This document shows positions 25,709 through 38,179 of a stretch of DNA of 64,000 nucleotides, in pieces. The stretch lies in NCBI GenBank assembly GCA_951804945.1, contig OX638154.1, positions 38,936,001-39,000,000 on the forward strand. Direction: 5' to 3'. Both the position numbers and the translations under genes were made by a program. The notes under the pieces are model-generated. The model saw nothing but the letters and a program-made list of their open reading frames with translations, searched no databases and was not told the DNA's origin. The stretch's first letter is position 1; each line of letters opens with the position of its first letter. The stretch comes from Podarcis cretensis (Eukaryota).

Positions 25709-25968
25709 CAGTGGTACCTCGGGATGCGAACGGGATCCATTGTGGAGCCCCGTTCGCATCCTGAACACAACGTGAGCCGCAACGGCACATCTGTGTGTGC
25801 GTGGGTCGTGTTTTGCCGCTTCCGCACATGTGCATGGCGTCATTTTGAGCATCTGCACATGCGCAAACATCGAATCCCGGAAGTAATGCACTCCGTTACT
25901 TCCGGGTTGCCACGGAGCGCAACTCGAACGCACACAACCCGAAGCACATTCAACCCGAGATATGACTG
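25709..25968. mobile_element. Tc1/mariner-type MITE
   Basis: TA-CAGTGGTACCTCGGG ... CCCGAGATATGACTG-TA. Confidence 0.8.
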
Positions 25969-25984
25969 TACTGAGCTGGATGGA

Positions 25985-26941
25985 TCTCCCCAACCCCCCA
26001 TAACATTTTATTAATTTTTCAACAATAGCAAAAATACTGTAAAAGAAACAACAATAACAAATCAAAACAGTTTGACTTCCCCCTATTCCCTTTCTTGGTT
26101 TCATTGTATATCAACGTGCTGCATGTCCATTGTGAAATTTTAACCATTTGAATTACTTATTATCCATTCATAATAATCTTAAAGTAATCTTAAAACCCTG
26201 CTAATGTATTAACCTGTGTACATTGCTTCTGTATATATTCAATAAAGTCCTTCATTCTTCCTTAAATTCGTTGTCTCTTCCTCTTAATTTCATTGTCAAT
26301 TTTGCCATTTCAGCATATTCTGTTAATTTTACTTGCCAATCTTCTGTAGCTTGGGACACTTTCTTTTTTCCAATGTTGTGCTAATAATGTTCATATGGCT
26401 GTAGTTGCATACATAAACAAATCATTTTGTGATCTTGGTAAATCCACTCCTCTAATGCCTAGTAGGAAAGCTTCTGGTTTTTTTTAACAAAGGTTATTTT
26501 AAACATCTTTTTCATTTCATTATAAATCATTTCCCAATATTTCTTAACAATTTTACAGTCTCACCACATATGAAAAAATGTCATTTCTGTTGCTTTACAT
26601 TTCCAACACTTGCTTTCTTTAGTTTTGTACATTTTTGCTAATTTGACAGGAGTTAGATACCATCTGTACATCATTTTCATATAATTTTCTTTAATTGCCA
26701 CAGATGCATGAATTTCATCTCATTCTTCCATAGTTTTTCCCATTCCTCCATCTGGATATTGTGTCACACACCTTCTGCCCATTTAATCATGACTGATTTA
26801 ACCTGTTCATCTTTCGCTTCCCACTCCAGCAACAGATTGTACATTTTCGATATTAGTTTCTTATCTTTTCTATTATTTCTCTCTGAAAGCTTGAAATTTC
26901 ATATTGAAATCCCAACTTTTTATCATTTTTAAGTATTACGT
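25985..26941 (-). mobile_element. 5'-truncated L1-clade LINE
   Basis: Minus strand IKENYMKMMYRWYLTPVKLAKMY..KCWKC..TFFHMW (L1 ORF2 Cys-rich C-terminus); TSD TGAGCTGGATGGA (25972-25984, 26942-26954). Confidence 0.85.
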
Positions 26942-27356
26942 TGAGCTGGATGGAGCAGTGGTCCAACTCAGTATAAGGCAGCTTCCAGTGTCTTCAGATA
27001 TGCTTGGTGCCATTCCTGTGCATCTTGGAAGATCACATTTTTGGGGGCACACATTGTGTCTAGCAGCTCTTTCAGCCAGACAGCAACACTTTCCAAATAT
27101 TGCACAGTGTTATTTTTACCCTTGTCTATTGACAAGGCACAAGAGACCATTGCCACATCTCCCAGTTCCACATGGTTTCAGTATGGGCAAAGGTCAGCAG
27201 TACGTGGACTTTGGTTCCTGAAGGATAATGACTTGCTGGTTACTAGCATGGAACAGAGATTACATAACACAGGTGGCTGATGCTGCATACAAAAAATGAC
27301 TGCGTTCAGAGGAGACGGGAAAAGAAAAGGACTCTGGTTATTCTGATGGTTATTGT

Positions 27357-27962
27357 AGGGTTACCAGACATCCTCGGTTCCCGGGGACATTCCCTGGATT
27401 TGCAATCTGCCCCCAGACAAATTCTGTCCCCAGACAAATTCTGTCCCCAGAAAGTCCCCAGATTTGTAAATCTGTCCCCAGGAAACGTGGCAGCGGCAGC
27501 CTCCGCAGCCCGGAGCCAGCCTGGTAGCGCAGTTGGTTTTGGATGGCTTCAGAAGCTGCTTGCTGCCACCGCCACTGCCAAAGGGGAACCAGGGATATGT
27601 GGCGGTACAGATCTCCTGCCCACTTCCCCCTTTGTTTTGACAGATTGGGGGAGGCTTGGGAGTCACGGGTGGGTGGCCGTTGCCCAGGAGGGGTGCAAGG
27701 CGCACAGTTTCTCTGCCGGGCAAGGTGCAAAGCCCTTCTTTCGCACCCTGTGAAACATAAATGCACAGTTTTTTTAAAAAATTGGGCAACAGATGCCCAC
27801 CTGCAACTCCCGAGCCTCCCCCGATCAGTCAAAACAAAGGGGGGAGGGGGGAGGATATTGGGGGAGGCTCGGGAGTCACGGGTGGGTGGTACGCTGTTGC
27901 CGTTTTTTAAAAACTCTGTGCATTTATGTTTCACAGGGTGCAAATGAAGGGCTTTGCACCTT
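27357..27962. mobile_element. hAT-like element remnant with internal tandem and inverted repeats
   Basis: Starts TAGGGTTACCAGA; tandem CCCCAGACAAATTCTGT units; long inverted repeats 27626-27962. Confidence 0.5.
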
Positions 27963-29958
27963 TATATAATATGCATGTGTGCTTGGGCCCAGGGTCTTTT
28001 GCCTCACCATCCCTACTACTGACTCCCTGTTGCTACTCAGCTTAAAAAAAAAAAAAGTGTTCCTGGATTCATTGGAAAAAAACTGGTAATCATAGGTTAT
28101 TGGGAGGGCGGACACTTAGTTCAGGGATTCTGTTTTAACCAGCCAGTGCATGCTGATGCCATTCTTCTGCAATTCTGAGTGTCTCTGCTTACCTATTAGC
28201 TAGCATTTGAAATTCACCAGGTGCCAGGTTCATTTTGCACCTAGCTATCGGCCACTCGTGACCAAGTGAAGATGCCTGGGCACCAGGATGTCGCCCAATG
28301 TCTTCACTATTTGGAGCTGCATACCTGGGGATCCTTGGATCCTGACTCTTTTCACACACTAGCAACACATCCTGTAGAATTCTATCTGTTATATTTTATT
28401 ATCTGAACAATCAGAATGAATTTCAGGAACCCAAAGGTTGTATTGAAAAATACAATTTTCGAGCCATCTGACCCCAAAATGGCAACTAGGCCATTTGGGC
28501 AACTGTAACTCTGGTTTAAGGAGCCATTTGGCACCTAGCTTATATATCTGAGTTTCTAGCTGCATGTGGATCCTGTTAGATATCCAACCATGCTGACTGC
28601 TGGTTCCTTGCTCGCAATCAGCTCCTGCATGTCTTCTTACAGAAATTGAAGATATGGTTGCTTCACAGCTGTTGAACTTCCTTTCTCTAGAAATCTGAAA
28701 GAAGCTGAAAACTAGTGGGTGTGGGGACACTTGCATGCATCTCAACCATCCTTTTTCTTCTGTTGCCCAGTTTTCATTTCTCTCTGAATTCTGTCATCTT
28801 GTTTCCAGTAAATGGAATGTAGTCATTGCAGTAGACATTTAAATTCAGCAATGTCAGCCTTGGCTGTCACTCTGACTGCAATATTGGTCAATAAACCCAA
28901 ACAGGAAACATTCCAGTCCTGTTTGCTTAGGGTAGGGGTTTTTTGTGTGTAAATGTATAGACAAGCTCAGAATGGTGTATCCGTCTAGTCAGATGGGACT
29001 TTAGCCGTGCAGCAATACATTGGTTGTCATGCAGAGTCCCATATTGCTAGACCATGGTCAGCTGATCTCCAGTAGGCAAGACTTGAGGTCAGTTGTCCAG
29101 TCAAGAGGTTCACATTTCCCCCCAGTGCAGATAAGATGAAGTAGCAAGAGAATTTTAAAAGAAAATTGGAACACATGGCAACTTGCAGAAGATCACTGCA
29201 TATCCATTGTAAAAATGCGTTAAGAATTGGCCAAACCCGCCCTCAAGAAAACAGCTATTTTCTGTTTTCTGTTTTTGTTTTTAATATTGATTGTGAATTG
29301 CATGGAAATTGCTGAAGGCTAAGGCACACATTTTACAAGCAAACAAACAAATAGTTCTACATTGTTGTAGCCCGGCTTCAGCTGGGGAGGGCGGGATATA
29401 AATAAAATTTATTATTATTATTATTATAACAAATGAATAAATCTCTATTGCTCAGTTCAGAAGTTTTGCTTCATGATTATCTCCACCAATAATCAAACAG
29501 TTCAGGGCAGAGGAGCCAATGAAACATCTATGATTTCCTCAAGTAGAGATGCCGCCACAAGAGAAAAGGGGTGGGGTGCCTTTAGAGGTTCTCTGCCTTC
29601 TGCATAGAGAGACCTGCATAGAATTGGACTGTTAGCAATTCAGTATATCTACAAAGAACCTGATCATACTGAAGTAGCAGTAGCAGTAGCAGTAGTTATT
29701 GTTATTATGATTATGATTATGATTATGAATATGATTTATTTATTTATTTACTAAGTTGTAGAACTGTCTCTTCCCTCCTTACACAGCTTTAAGCAAATGC
29801 TGAAGATGAAGCCCCTTACCCTGGTTTTTGCCATTTAAGATGTACATTTTAAGGACCTGCCTTAGTCCTGTGATTGTAAGTTGTTTAAAACTCTTTTTAA
29901 TATTGTCTTTTTAATGTTGTGACCCACCTTGGGACCTTAAGGAGAAGGGTGGATTACT

Positions 29959-29998
<40 letters not shown>
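29959..29998. repeat. (AAC)n microsatellite (LINE-tail-like)
   Basis: Direct reading. Confidence 0.9.
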
Positions 29999-30105
29999 CT
30001 TTCCAAGATAGCATTTGCATCCTCTTATATCTTGTACTGAAGAGGCTATATAGATGTTTTGCTCCTAAATAACATTTTAAAAATCATGTTATTATCTTAG
30101 GTACA

Positions 30106-30330
30106 TTCGAAAGCACGTCAAAGTGCAAGTAGATAAATAGGTACCACTCTGGTGGGAAGGTAAACAGCGTTTCTGTGTGCTGCTCTGGTTCGCCAGAAGC
30201 GGCTTAGTCATGCTGGCCACATGATCTGGAAGCTGTACGCCGGCTCCCTCGGCCAATAAAGTGAGATGAGCACCGCAACCCCAGAGTCGTCCGTGACTGG
30301 ACTTGATGGTCAGGGGTCCCTTTACCTTTA
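30106..30330 (+). mobile_element. 5'-truncated Sauria-type SINE
   Basis: Matches the 3' two-thirds of 24576-24932. Confidence 0.85.
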
Positions 30331-32952
30331 CATAAGGGATTCTCTTTTCTTCATGTTATATTAATCAACTGAAATGTGTTTTGCCATTTTAAGCTGCACA
30401 AATACATTTTTAAAAAAGAAACAACTCAAGCCTGCTGTGTATTATTTAACAGGCTTGTTCTGTGAATAATTGTATCAAAAGCTATGAACTTAAATAATAT
30501 TGTTATGTAACTGTCTTTCTTGGTTGCTCCTTTGGGGAGGGGATTATTTCATATTCATCACCAACTGCTGGCTTTTATTACTGAAATCTGCATCCAGGGT
30601 CAGGAATATATATATTTTTAAAAAACACTACACTATTGAATTAGTCCCAGAACAATTTATTTTTGAGGAGGAGGGGAGGTTTGGCTCAATAAAGCTTTCA
30701 AATTATTTCATGGGAAAGACTGTGGAGATGATGATGATGATGATTTTCTATACTACTTTATATTTTAAAGAAGAAAAAAACTACAAGAAAACAAGCCAGA
30801 ATCAAACAGTGTGAAGGAGATGAAGTGCAGAATGCACATTTAATGCAGCAAAGTTAACCCAAAAAGAAAATTAGCTATGCCTTTCAAAAGAAAACATTAC
30901 TAAAGGAAGTAAAATATAAAATGCACATTTAAAATAGCATAATTGGCAAGAGAATAGAAAATTATGATGTTGGCATCCGTATGTCTCAGGAGACAATGAA
31001 AGAGTGAACGTTCAGGGGCAAAGTCAAACCATTGGAGAGTTACAATGCCTGCTGTGACTGGAGAGACAGATAAGGGAGAGACATGATTTATCACAGATGG
31101 GGCAGAGGAAGGCACCGGTTTTTGCAGAAGCATAGAGCATATCTGCTGCTGTTGCTGCCAATCCTGCCAATAGTGGTTCATGGTGGGCAGCAGCGGTAGA
31201 AACTCAGGCTTGATGACCTGGATCTGTGCTAAGATACAGCCCAGATGGTCTCTGGCCTCTTCAGCAGCCTCAGCTTTTGTAGCTGGAGTCAGTCCTGACT
31301 CTTCCCTCCCAGGCCACGTGGGAAAAAGTCTGCAAAGCAGGGAGCAGGTCTTCCCCATAGCCAAGATGGTACAGAATAATGCTACATTCCAGCACAAACC
31401 TAGGATCTATCAAGACTGGTTGACATAGAGCTTTAAGTGATAATAGGAACCAAAGACAAGCCCTGCTGGACCAGGCTAACGACCCATCTAATCTATCTTC
31501 CTTTTCTCACAGTGGCCATCCTGATGCCTGTGGGAAGCTCACAAGCAGGACTTGAGAGCCACAGCACACTCCCCCCGTGGGATTTCCATCAACGGGGGTT
31601 CAGGGCCATGCTGCCTTCCTTGTGAAGGGAAATGGCAGAAGGGAAGGAAGACAAAGTTGAGAATGAACTTTGACCTGCAGGTGAGTGTCTACTTAGTGCC
31701 ACTGAACTGCAACAGGAGATCATTTATAGCAAGTTGGCATTTTCATGTCAGCTTATCATCTTGTGAATCTCCTTAGTGTTTGATGGCTAATTCTCAAAAC
31801 AGGAAGCAATAATTTAAAAGTACTGATTCATACCCAGTGTGATCAGAAACTTGATTTCTCTCAAGGTCTTTGTTTACATGCATTGGGTTATATTTGGAAA
31901 AGTGGATTGCTGCAGGGATAAATGGGTATGATTAGTTTTTCTTAGCTCCTCCAACAGAGTTCTTTTTTTTTAAAAAAGGCAAAACAGTTGCAAACACATG
32001 GATGACAATCTCATACTGCCCAGGTTCTGAGATCTTCTGGAGAGACCCTAGAGCATCCTATTAAATTGCAGCAGCTTAGCCTATGGGAGCTCAGCAAAGC
32101 CATGCCAAGTTTCTAGCCCATTTTGTGAATATGTATGAGATGGTGCTATGGGTTGATATGCAAGTCTGCTGTTTAGTTGCTGCTTCCGCCCTTCAGTTTC
32201 CTGTATGAGTAGGTATTACAGGGAAGAGAGGCATTTTCTTATTTTGCACTGAGTTTTTGCAACTGGTGTTTGTAGATTAGATCTCTTTATTAAAATTCCT
32301 TTTCCACATGTACACCTGATATTCATGCACCAAGTTGAAAGAAAACAAGCTCCCCCCCCTCTCATTTTCTAACTGCTAATCTTTCCTGACAAGTTGAGAG
32401 CTGTTGACTGCAAGGTGGTTTGTTGAATCAAGATTCCACACTAACAAATTTGGCGCCGCAGCATTAGTAATTGGAGTCTGAGCAAGCCCTACAAAAGCAG
32501 GCACACCCAGATTCTCTACCCACTTACCAGCATTCTTGCCACACCCAAGAACAGGAGAAAACTCCCAACCAAGCTTTCAAATCTTGTAGCTTTAGGAGAC
32601 AGTTCACCATCTTCCCTTTTTTTAAACCCTGGAGCTATAGATCTTGATTTTCATTGAAAATGGAGTTAGGTCAGGGTGACAAATCAATAAATGCTTGAGA
32701 AAGCACTCTGGTCCTGTACGTTTTGGAAATGAGAACAGAGAATGGTTCTTATGTGCTGTAAAATGTGGCTCAGATAAAATAATACACCCCAGCATCTGAG
32801 AGTAAAGCACCAGTGTTTGCTAGTTGCTGTAAATGTAAATGTAGCGCTCGGGTTAGGAAATGGTCTCATACCAGGTCAGGCTCCTTGTCCATCTAGCTCA
32901 GTATTGTCAGCTCTGAGGGAAGGCAGCTCAGCTCTCCAGGCTGAGAGTCTTT

Positions 32953-33759
32953 TGCGTGTTTAGACCCAGAGACCTCCCCCCTAAATAAATTCACACAAAT
33001 TTTAGTTTTGGTTTTTGGCAGAATTTAGGCCACAACTTTATTGATTACAGAAGGTGAGTGGTTGCACAGGCTCTGGTTCGACTAGCTCCCTGCACCCTTG
33101 CAGGCAGCGCTGACCCAGGGCACCAGCATAGGTCAACCAATGGTGAACACCTGTGTAGGCGAAAAGCTGGGAACAGACTATGTTCACCACCCAGATGCTC
33201 CCCTGGACCCAGGCATGGGCACAACCCCCTCTTGAGGGTTGACCAAACCAGTTGAGTCCCTGGATTCCTTTAATGGAATATCCTTCACATAGGGATGGCA
33301 AGAGCGCTCTCCCATCCCCTATCACCAGAACCAGTGCCTATCCACAACCTTACAAGTTGTGACGATTTGCTACACTGCAGGCAAAACCTAAATGGCAACA
33401 GCCAATCAGCCAAGTGGCGAAATTCCTGCTGTGCTCCTGTCCCAGCGACAGACGACACATGACGGCATAGCAAGGTCAGTTGCACAATGCCCTAAAATTA
33501 GGGAGAGGTAGGTGGGTGTTCTGAATGCATGAGCTGAAAGAGGAAGCTCTGGGTCACATGCATGGGTATATATAGGTCCCTCAATCCATTTAGACTGTGA
33601 CCCATTGGCCAGATTGAACCCAACATCAAGGGACCTTCCAATCGGGTGTTGTGGCTAACCCATCCAACCCACCCACAACACAGGAGGTCCGTCTCCAGGT
33701 CTCACCACAACACGTGCCGTCTTTTAGGGAGGACACGATCTGCCTCAGAGGTGGGAACA
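32953..33759 (-). mobile_element. Unclassified LTR-like or tyrosine-recombinase retroelement remnant
   Basis: Minus strand starts TGTTCCCA, contains AATAAAGTTGTGGCC (33042-33028) and ends CACGCA like 12347-13233. Confidence 0.5.
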
Positions 33760-34548
33760 TTTACTTTATTTCTTTTATTAGAACACCAAGATACACAAGC
33801 TAAAACTGTATGCAAAAGACATCCACTTAGAATTAACAGGGTGCCTCTGAGCACATTCTGAGCCTAGAAATTTGTTTTCAGTGCCAGACCTGAATTGAAC
33901 TCACAGTCTGAATTGAACATACTACTTCTTTATATATCCCCAGAGAACTAGAGGGCCGTTTGATAACCTATTTGAAGCTATCCATGTTCTATTCCAACTG
34001 CTCATATATGGGAGGCCCTGAATTTTTTCAGAGTAGAGGTTGTTGTTGTTTGCTGGTTCTCCTCCTGTGCCTTTTTCTGTTCTGATGTGACACCCAGAAA
34101 CCTAAGCAAGTACAGCTGTTTCCAGCACAAGATGGAGGAGTGGGAAAGGTTATCTTCCTATGCTTAGTTTTTGCATATCCAGCAGATGCTTAAAGGCAAA
34201 GGAGCAGCGACAGTAAGAAGTCGTCAACCCTATTTGAAAGCAGAAAAATGAACTGAAATGCGGGGCTTTTCCAGACGCTGGCTTTTCAGAGGGTGGAGTG
34301 GGGAAAGGCCACACAGTCATCAGTAATCCCTCAGTTATCCTACCTGATGACCTAATAGGTGCAGCTGTTATGAGGAAATCAGAATATCCCAGCAATCGGA
34401 CTACAGGATGGCAGAGCGCAATGTTTTATAGGGAGAAGTCCCTGGTTTAATACCTGACACCTCGCTGCATGTACAAATGCTCTGACTGGGTATAGGTACC
34501 TTCCTAGGTTCCACAAAATGTAAATGTAATTGTTACAAAACAGCTGAC

Positions 34549-34880
34549 CAGTGGCGGAGCAAGCTGATTGGGCGCCTGGGGTGGCGCGTGTGCCCTGTGC
34601 CTGCGGGGCTGGGGCCAGCCCCCAGTGGGGTATGCCTCTGAGAAGTCTGCCTGTCTCCTCCCACTCAGCAGCCTTACAGCTGAGGGGGAGGTGGTGGGCG
34701 GACCGTTTGGGGCAGCGTGGAGCCTGCAGACACCCAAGCCACTGTGTCACTCCCAGGAGAGACGCGTGGCTTGGGCGTGCTGCAGACCCGTGGTGAGTGC
34801 CGCCCAGCGTTTTGTCACCCCCTCAGTGGTGACACCCGCGGCAGACTGCCCCCACCGCCCCCTTCCTCCACCCCTCCAGC
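34549..34880. mobile_element. GC-rich MITE
   Basis: Begins CAGTGGCGGAGC; abrupt GC/CpG-rich block. Confidence 0.45.
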
Positions 34881-36135
34881 TGACCCCCTTTTTGCACAAC
34901 TGTCCTCCATCCACCCAAAAATGCTTTTGGGTTATACAGTGCTATTTTTCTAGAAAAAGAGATGCCAGAACTCACCATATTTCTCCACAGGAGAAATAAA
35001 TGCACGCTGGACACAATAGTGCAATCTGACCAACTGAATATGCAGTAAGAGGCAGAGCTTCTTTTTCAAAGAGTTGTGTGCCATTATGGTTAGGGTTATT
35101 CAAATGACCTGTGTAATTCAAATGAATAAGAAATGAAATTCAGTCTAATGAATACTGAGTAAGTCACCTAAAGAAATGCACCTTTTTATTTTCACCATAT
35201 CCTTTGCTCTTTTCCTTGAATGAACTGGACATTTGAATGAGATTGCCAGAAAAAATGTGACTATATATTTTATGAGCGCTGTTCACATGAAATATTACTC
35301 CTAAATATTACTTCTATGATTCTATGATTCTATGATTCTAAATAAGTGAAATGTGACCCATCTCTCATTTTGGATCAAGAGTTACTTGACTCAGAGTAAC
35401 CTTGTTGAGACTAAACTCCTGAGGACATAATTCCTTTTCATTTATTTCATTTTGGACCTTTCACTCAAAGGAAGAGCCTTGGATAGGGATGCATAAATCT
35501 GTCAGTTTTCTTTTCTTTCACTTTCCCATCTTTCCAGTCTTAGATTCAGTTTTCCACATTTCTACCTAAGCTTGTGATTTTATTTTATTTTATTGAAAAC
35601 GTCCCCCATCCTGAAAATTCACCAGCCTTTTTGTTCAAATTTCTCCTGTTTATACAAGCAGTTCCCCCTAATATAATGCATGTTAAATGTGGTTTTTCAC
35701 TAATATGTGCAATTTATTGTACATCTTCCCCTAACAGACACATTTTTGTATAAGTTACTTGTTTGAAGAACTGCATTTTGAGAAGTCTGACTTTAGAAGG
35801 AAAGCTGTGCCTTTGCCTGCATTCTGGAAAGTGTGAATTAATCCTAACCACACCAAATTCCTCCATCTCTTGGGTGGTTTTAGAAAACCAATATTCTTTT
35901 GAAAAGATTTACTTTGGAGTTATGGATTCACTTACTTATGGGTACAACAAAGCAAAACCAAACTGCTCTCTTCCTGCTGTTTTAAAAGTTACTGTGACAT
36001 ATTTTCTTGAATTTATGTCCCTTTCTTAGTGGATTAAAAAATCCATAGTTCACATTGGTGAATAAACATGTGCTCATTGTCTAGGAGGTACAATGAGTTA
36101 TATTGTAAATGGGTGTGTCTGTCTGAAGAGATCAT

Positions 36136-36292
36136 TGAATCACTCCTTGTATCATTATTACTACACCCACAAGAGCTTACTTCCCCAGGTGAGGCGTGTT
36201 TAAAATCAGAGATTGAAAGCACAAGAGACCAGGTGCGGGATTCATGTTGACCCCGGCAAGCAAGAGGAGGAAAAATCCCAGGGAAGAAGCAG
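36136..36292 (+). promoter_or_regulatory. LAMB3: Candidate LAMB3 promoter and non-coding exon 1
   Basis: TGAATCA (36136), CACCC, CAGGTG x2 (36186, 36230), TTTAAAA (36199-36205), donor CAG|GTAGGT at 36292/36293, 1.5 kb upstream of exon 2. Confidence 0.45.
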
Positions 36293-37469
36293 GTAGGTTC
36301 TACAGAGTGTGGGACTGGGAACTGTACATTATCCCACTTGGCACAGCTTCTGTGGCACAACGGAATTCTGTATTTTAGTTGAGAAACTGCTATTGTGCTT
36401 CTAGCAGGCTGTCGATTCGTGATTGTGGGGATTTGGTTACAAAGTTTGCATTGTTAGTCAAGTTTTGAATCAGTTATTCTAGGATGCTTGCAACATTTCC
36501 AGAAGGGTAAGGGGGATTTTGCTATCCAGAATGAAGTAGACAAAAATAAAAATAAAATAAAATAAAGATAAATGCTGGGAACAATAGCACATGCTGCAGG
36601 TAAAAGTTTAGAAAGTAGCTTGCTTGCTGTGTCGATTGACATTTAAGAGTTATCTGTTTGCCCTGTGTTTGTAGACTGATTTGTAAAAGAGAGATTCAGA
36701 GGCAGCAAATTCGTCAGCCTCTGAAAAATATGGTTCTCTAAAGTCCATGTGGAAATTTAGGGGTTTTTTGTTCCCCAGAGAGAATAGAATGAAAGAACTC
36801 AGCTGTAGTTGATTAGTGCTATGGAGAGAGTCTTACCTTTTATGTATTCAAAGAGGTTTTATGCAAATGCAAATAGGCAAAAGGTGAACTGAGAAGAAGC
36901 TATTATGTCCCTAAGCTAAAGAGGGCACCTTTGAAATAGCCACATTTTAGAATCAGTCTCTCACACAAGCAAGCTGGGCAGTGAATATTAGGCTATGCAT
37001 AACTTTGGCCTAGTTTTGCATAGGGTGCACAGAAATGCAGATGTGAGCCATATGAATTGCACTGTCAGTCTTATATTAGATGTATGTCAAAGTGCAACTG
37101 AATGCACAGTCAGCACTACAGAAAATTTTATTACTGATCCTATTGTTCCATTTGCATCTTCAGCATTAGGAATGAGCTGTGTCCCATAAATCATTGTTTC
37201 TGATTTTAAAGGGGGTTAATGCTGATATGTTTCCAGGCAGCTGACAGTTTTTCCATGACTGCATTTCCCCATTCACTGCCATGAATAAGGCATTTGTGTT
37301 ATATATATATATGTTTGTCTGTCTATCTGTCTATCAAGTGCTTTTTTCTGAAAAAATGTTTAGGGGTACTCTCATTTTCCTACTCATATTGAAATACTGC
37401 CCCCCAATGAGGCCAAACTTAGACCCACAAGATGTTTAGGGGTATACGCCCCACCCCAGAAAAAAGCAC

Positions 37470-37470
<1 letters not shown>

Positions 37471-37503
<33 letters not shown>
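37471..37503. repeat. (CTAT)n microsatellite next to a hAT-like MITE (about 37337-37470)
   Basis: Direct reading; related MITE near 63255-63410. Confidence 0.8.
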
Positions 37504-37505
<2 letters not shown>

Positions 37506-37806
37506 GCACATAGCTGTCTCCACCACTGAAAGGACTAGATAGCGGTCTTGGCTAGAGGAGGCCTGTGTGACAATGTGCATTTTATCCCTTCCATCTGCTT
37601 CCTTCTGCATTGGGTTTGCACTTCTTTACATTGCAGAAGCAACCACAGTGAAATGGCATAATTGCAAACCAGTGGTGCAAAGCTGGTAATCAGAGATAAG
37701 TTAATGGGCTGAGGGATTGTCCTTTTCTGTGTCCTCATCTGTGCCACTGAATTTATGCTTTACATTCATTTCAGGTGAATTTTTAGCGTTGCGAAATCTC
37801 AGCATC

Positions 37807-37831
37807 ATGTGGATATTTCTTTTTTTTCTGG
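37807..37831 (+). CDS. LAMB3: Laminin beta-3, first coding exon (exon 2, 37775-37831); signal peptide start MWIFLFFL
   Basis: Acceptor TTTCAG at 37774, ATC-ATG, phase-1 donor G|GTAAGT joining the next exon in frame. Confidence 0.8.
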
Positions 37832-38179
37832 GTAAGTGTTGGCATTCTAAGCATGCATCTACTGAAAAGAAAATGAAGTCTTTGAGATTTGTTTTTCGTG
37901 AAAAGCACAGAGGTGAAATCAGTTGTCCAAGATGGTTGGATATAATCTCTAACTGAAACTGGTTAAAAATTGTATGCATTCTACTAAAGACCACTCACAA
38001 TAAGTACTTGGTGTTAAGATAGGGACAACCTCATCTTTGGTATCTGCCAAAATCAAAATATGCTACTGAGTAGTAGGCTGGGGCAGAAATTATAGATGTA
38101 CTGCAGTAGCAGACTGTGTAGCAGGGCAGAGGCGCTTTCCTGATCTCCTGGCAGGTGAGTCGCTGCTGCTTACCGGGAG

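Larger units (their letters stand above)
25576..26986 (+). mobile_element. tRNA-derived SINE split by two later insertions
   Basis: Head GGCTCAGTGGCAGAAC; body ..GTAGACAATA|CTGAGCTGGATGGA|..CTCAGTATAAGGCAGCTTCC reassembles after the inserts are removed; related minus-strand copy near 23530-23660. Confidence 0.65.

Noticed and set aside
27410-27480. Short tandem repeats as a CRISPR-like array
   Set aside because: No unique spacers; eukaryotic transposon subterminal repeats
30900-31397. 165-aa minus-strand ORF with a short poly-Q
   Set aside because: No recognisable homology or exon structure; would need BLAST or RNA evidence
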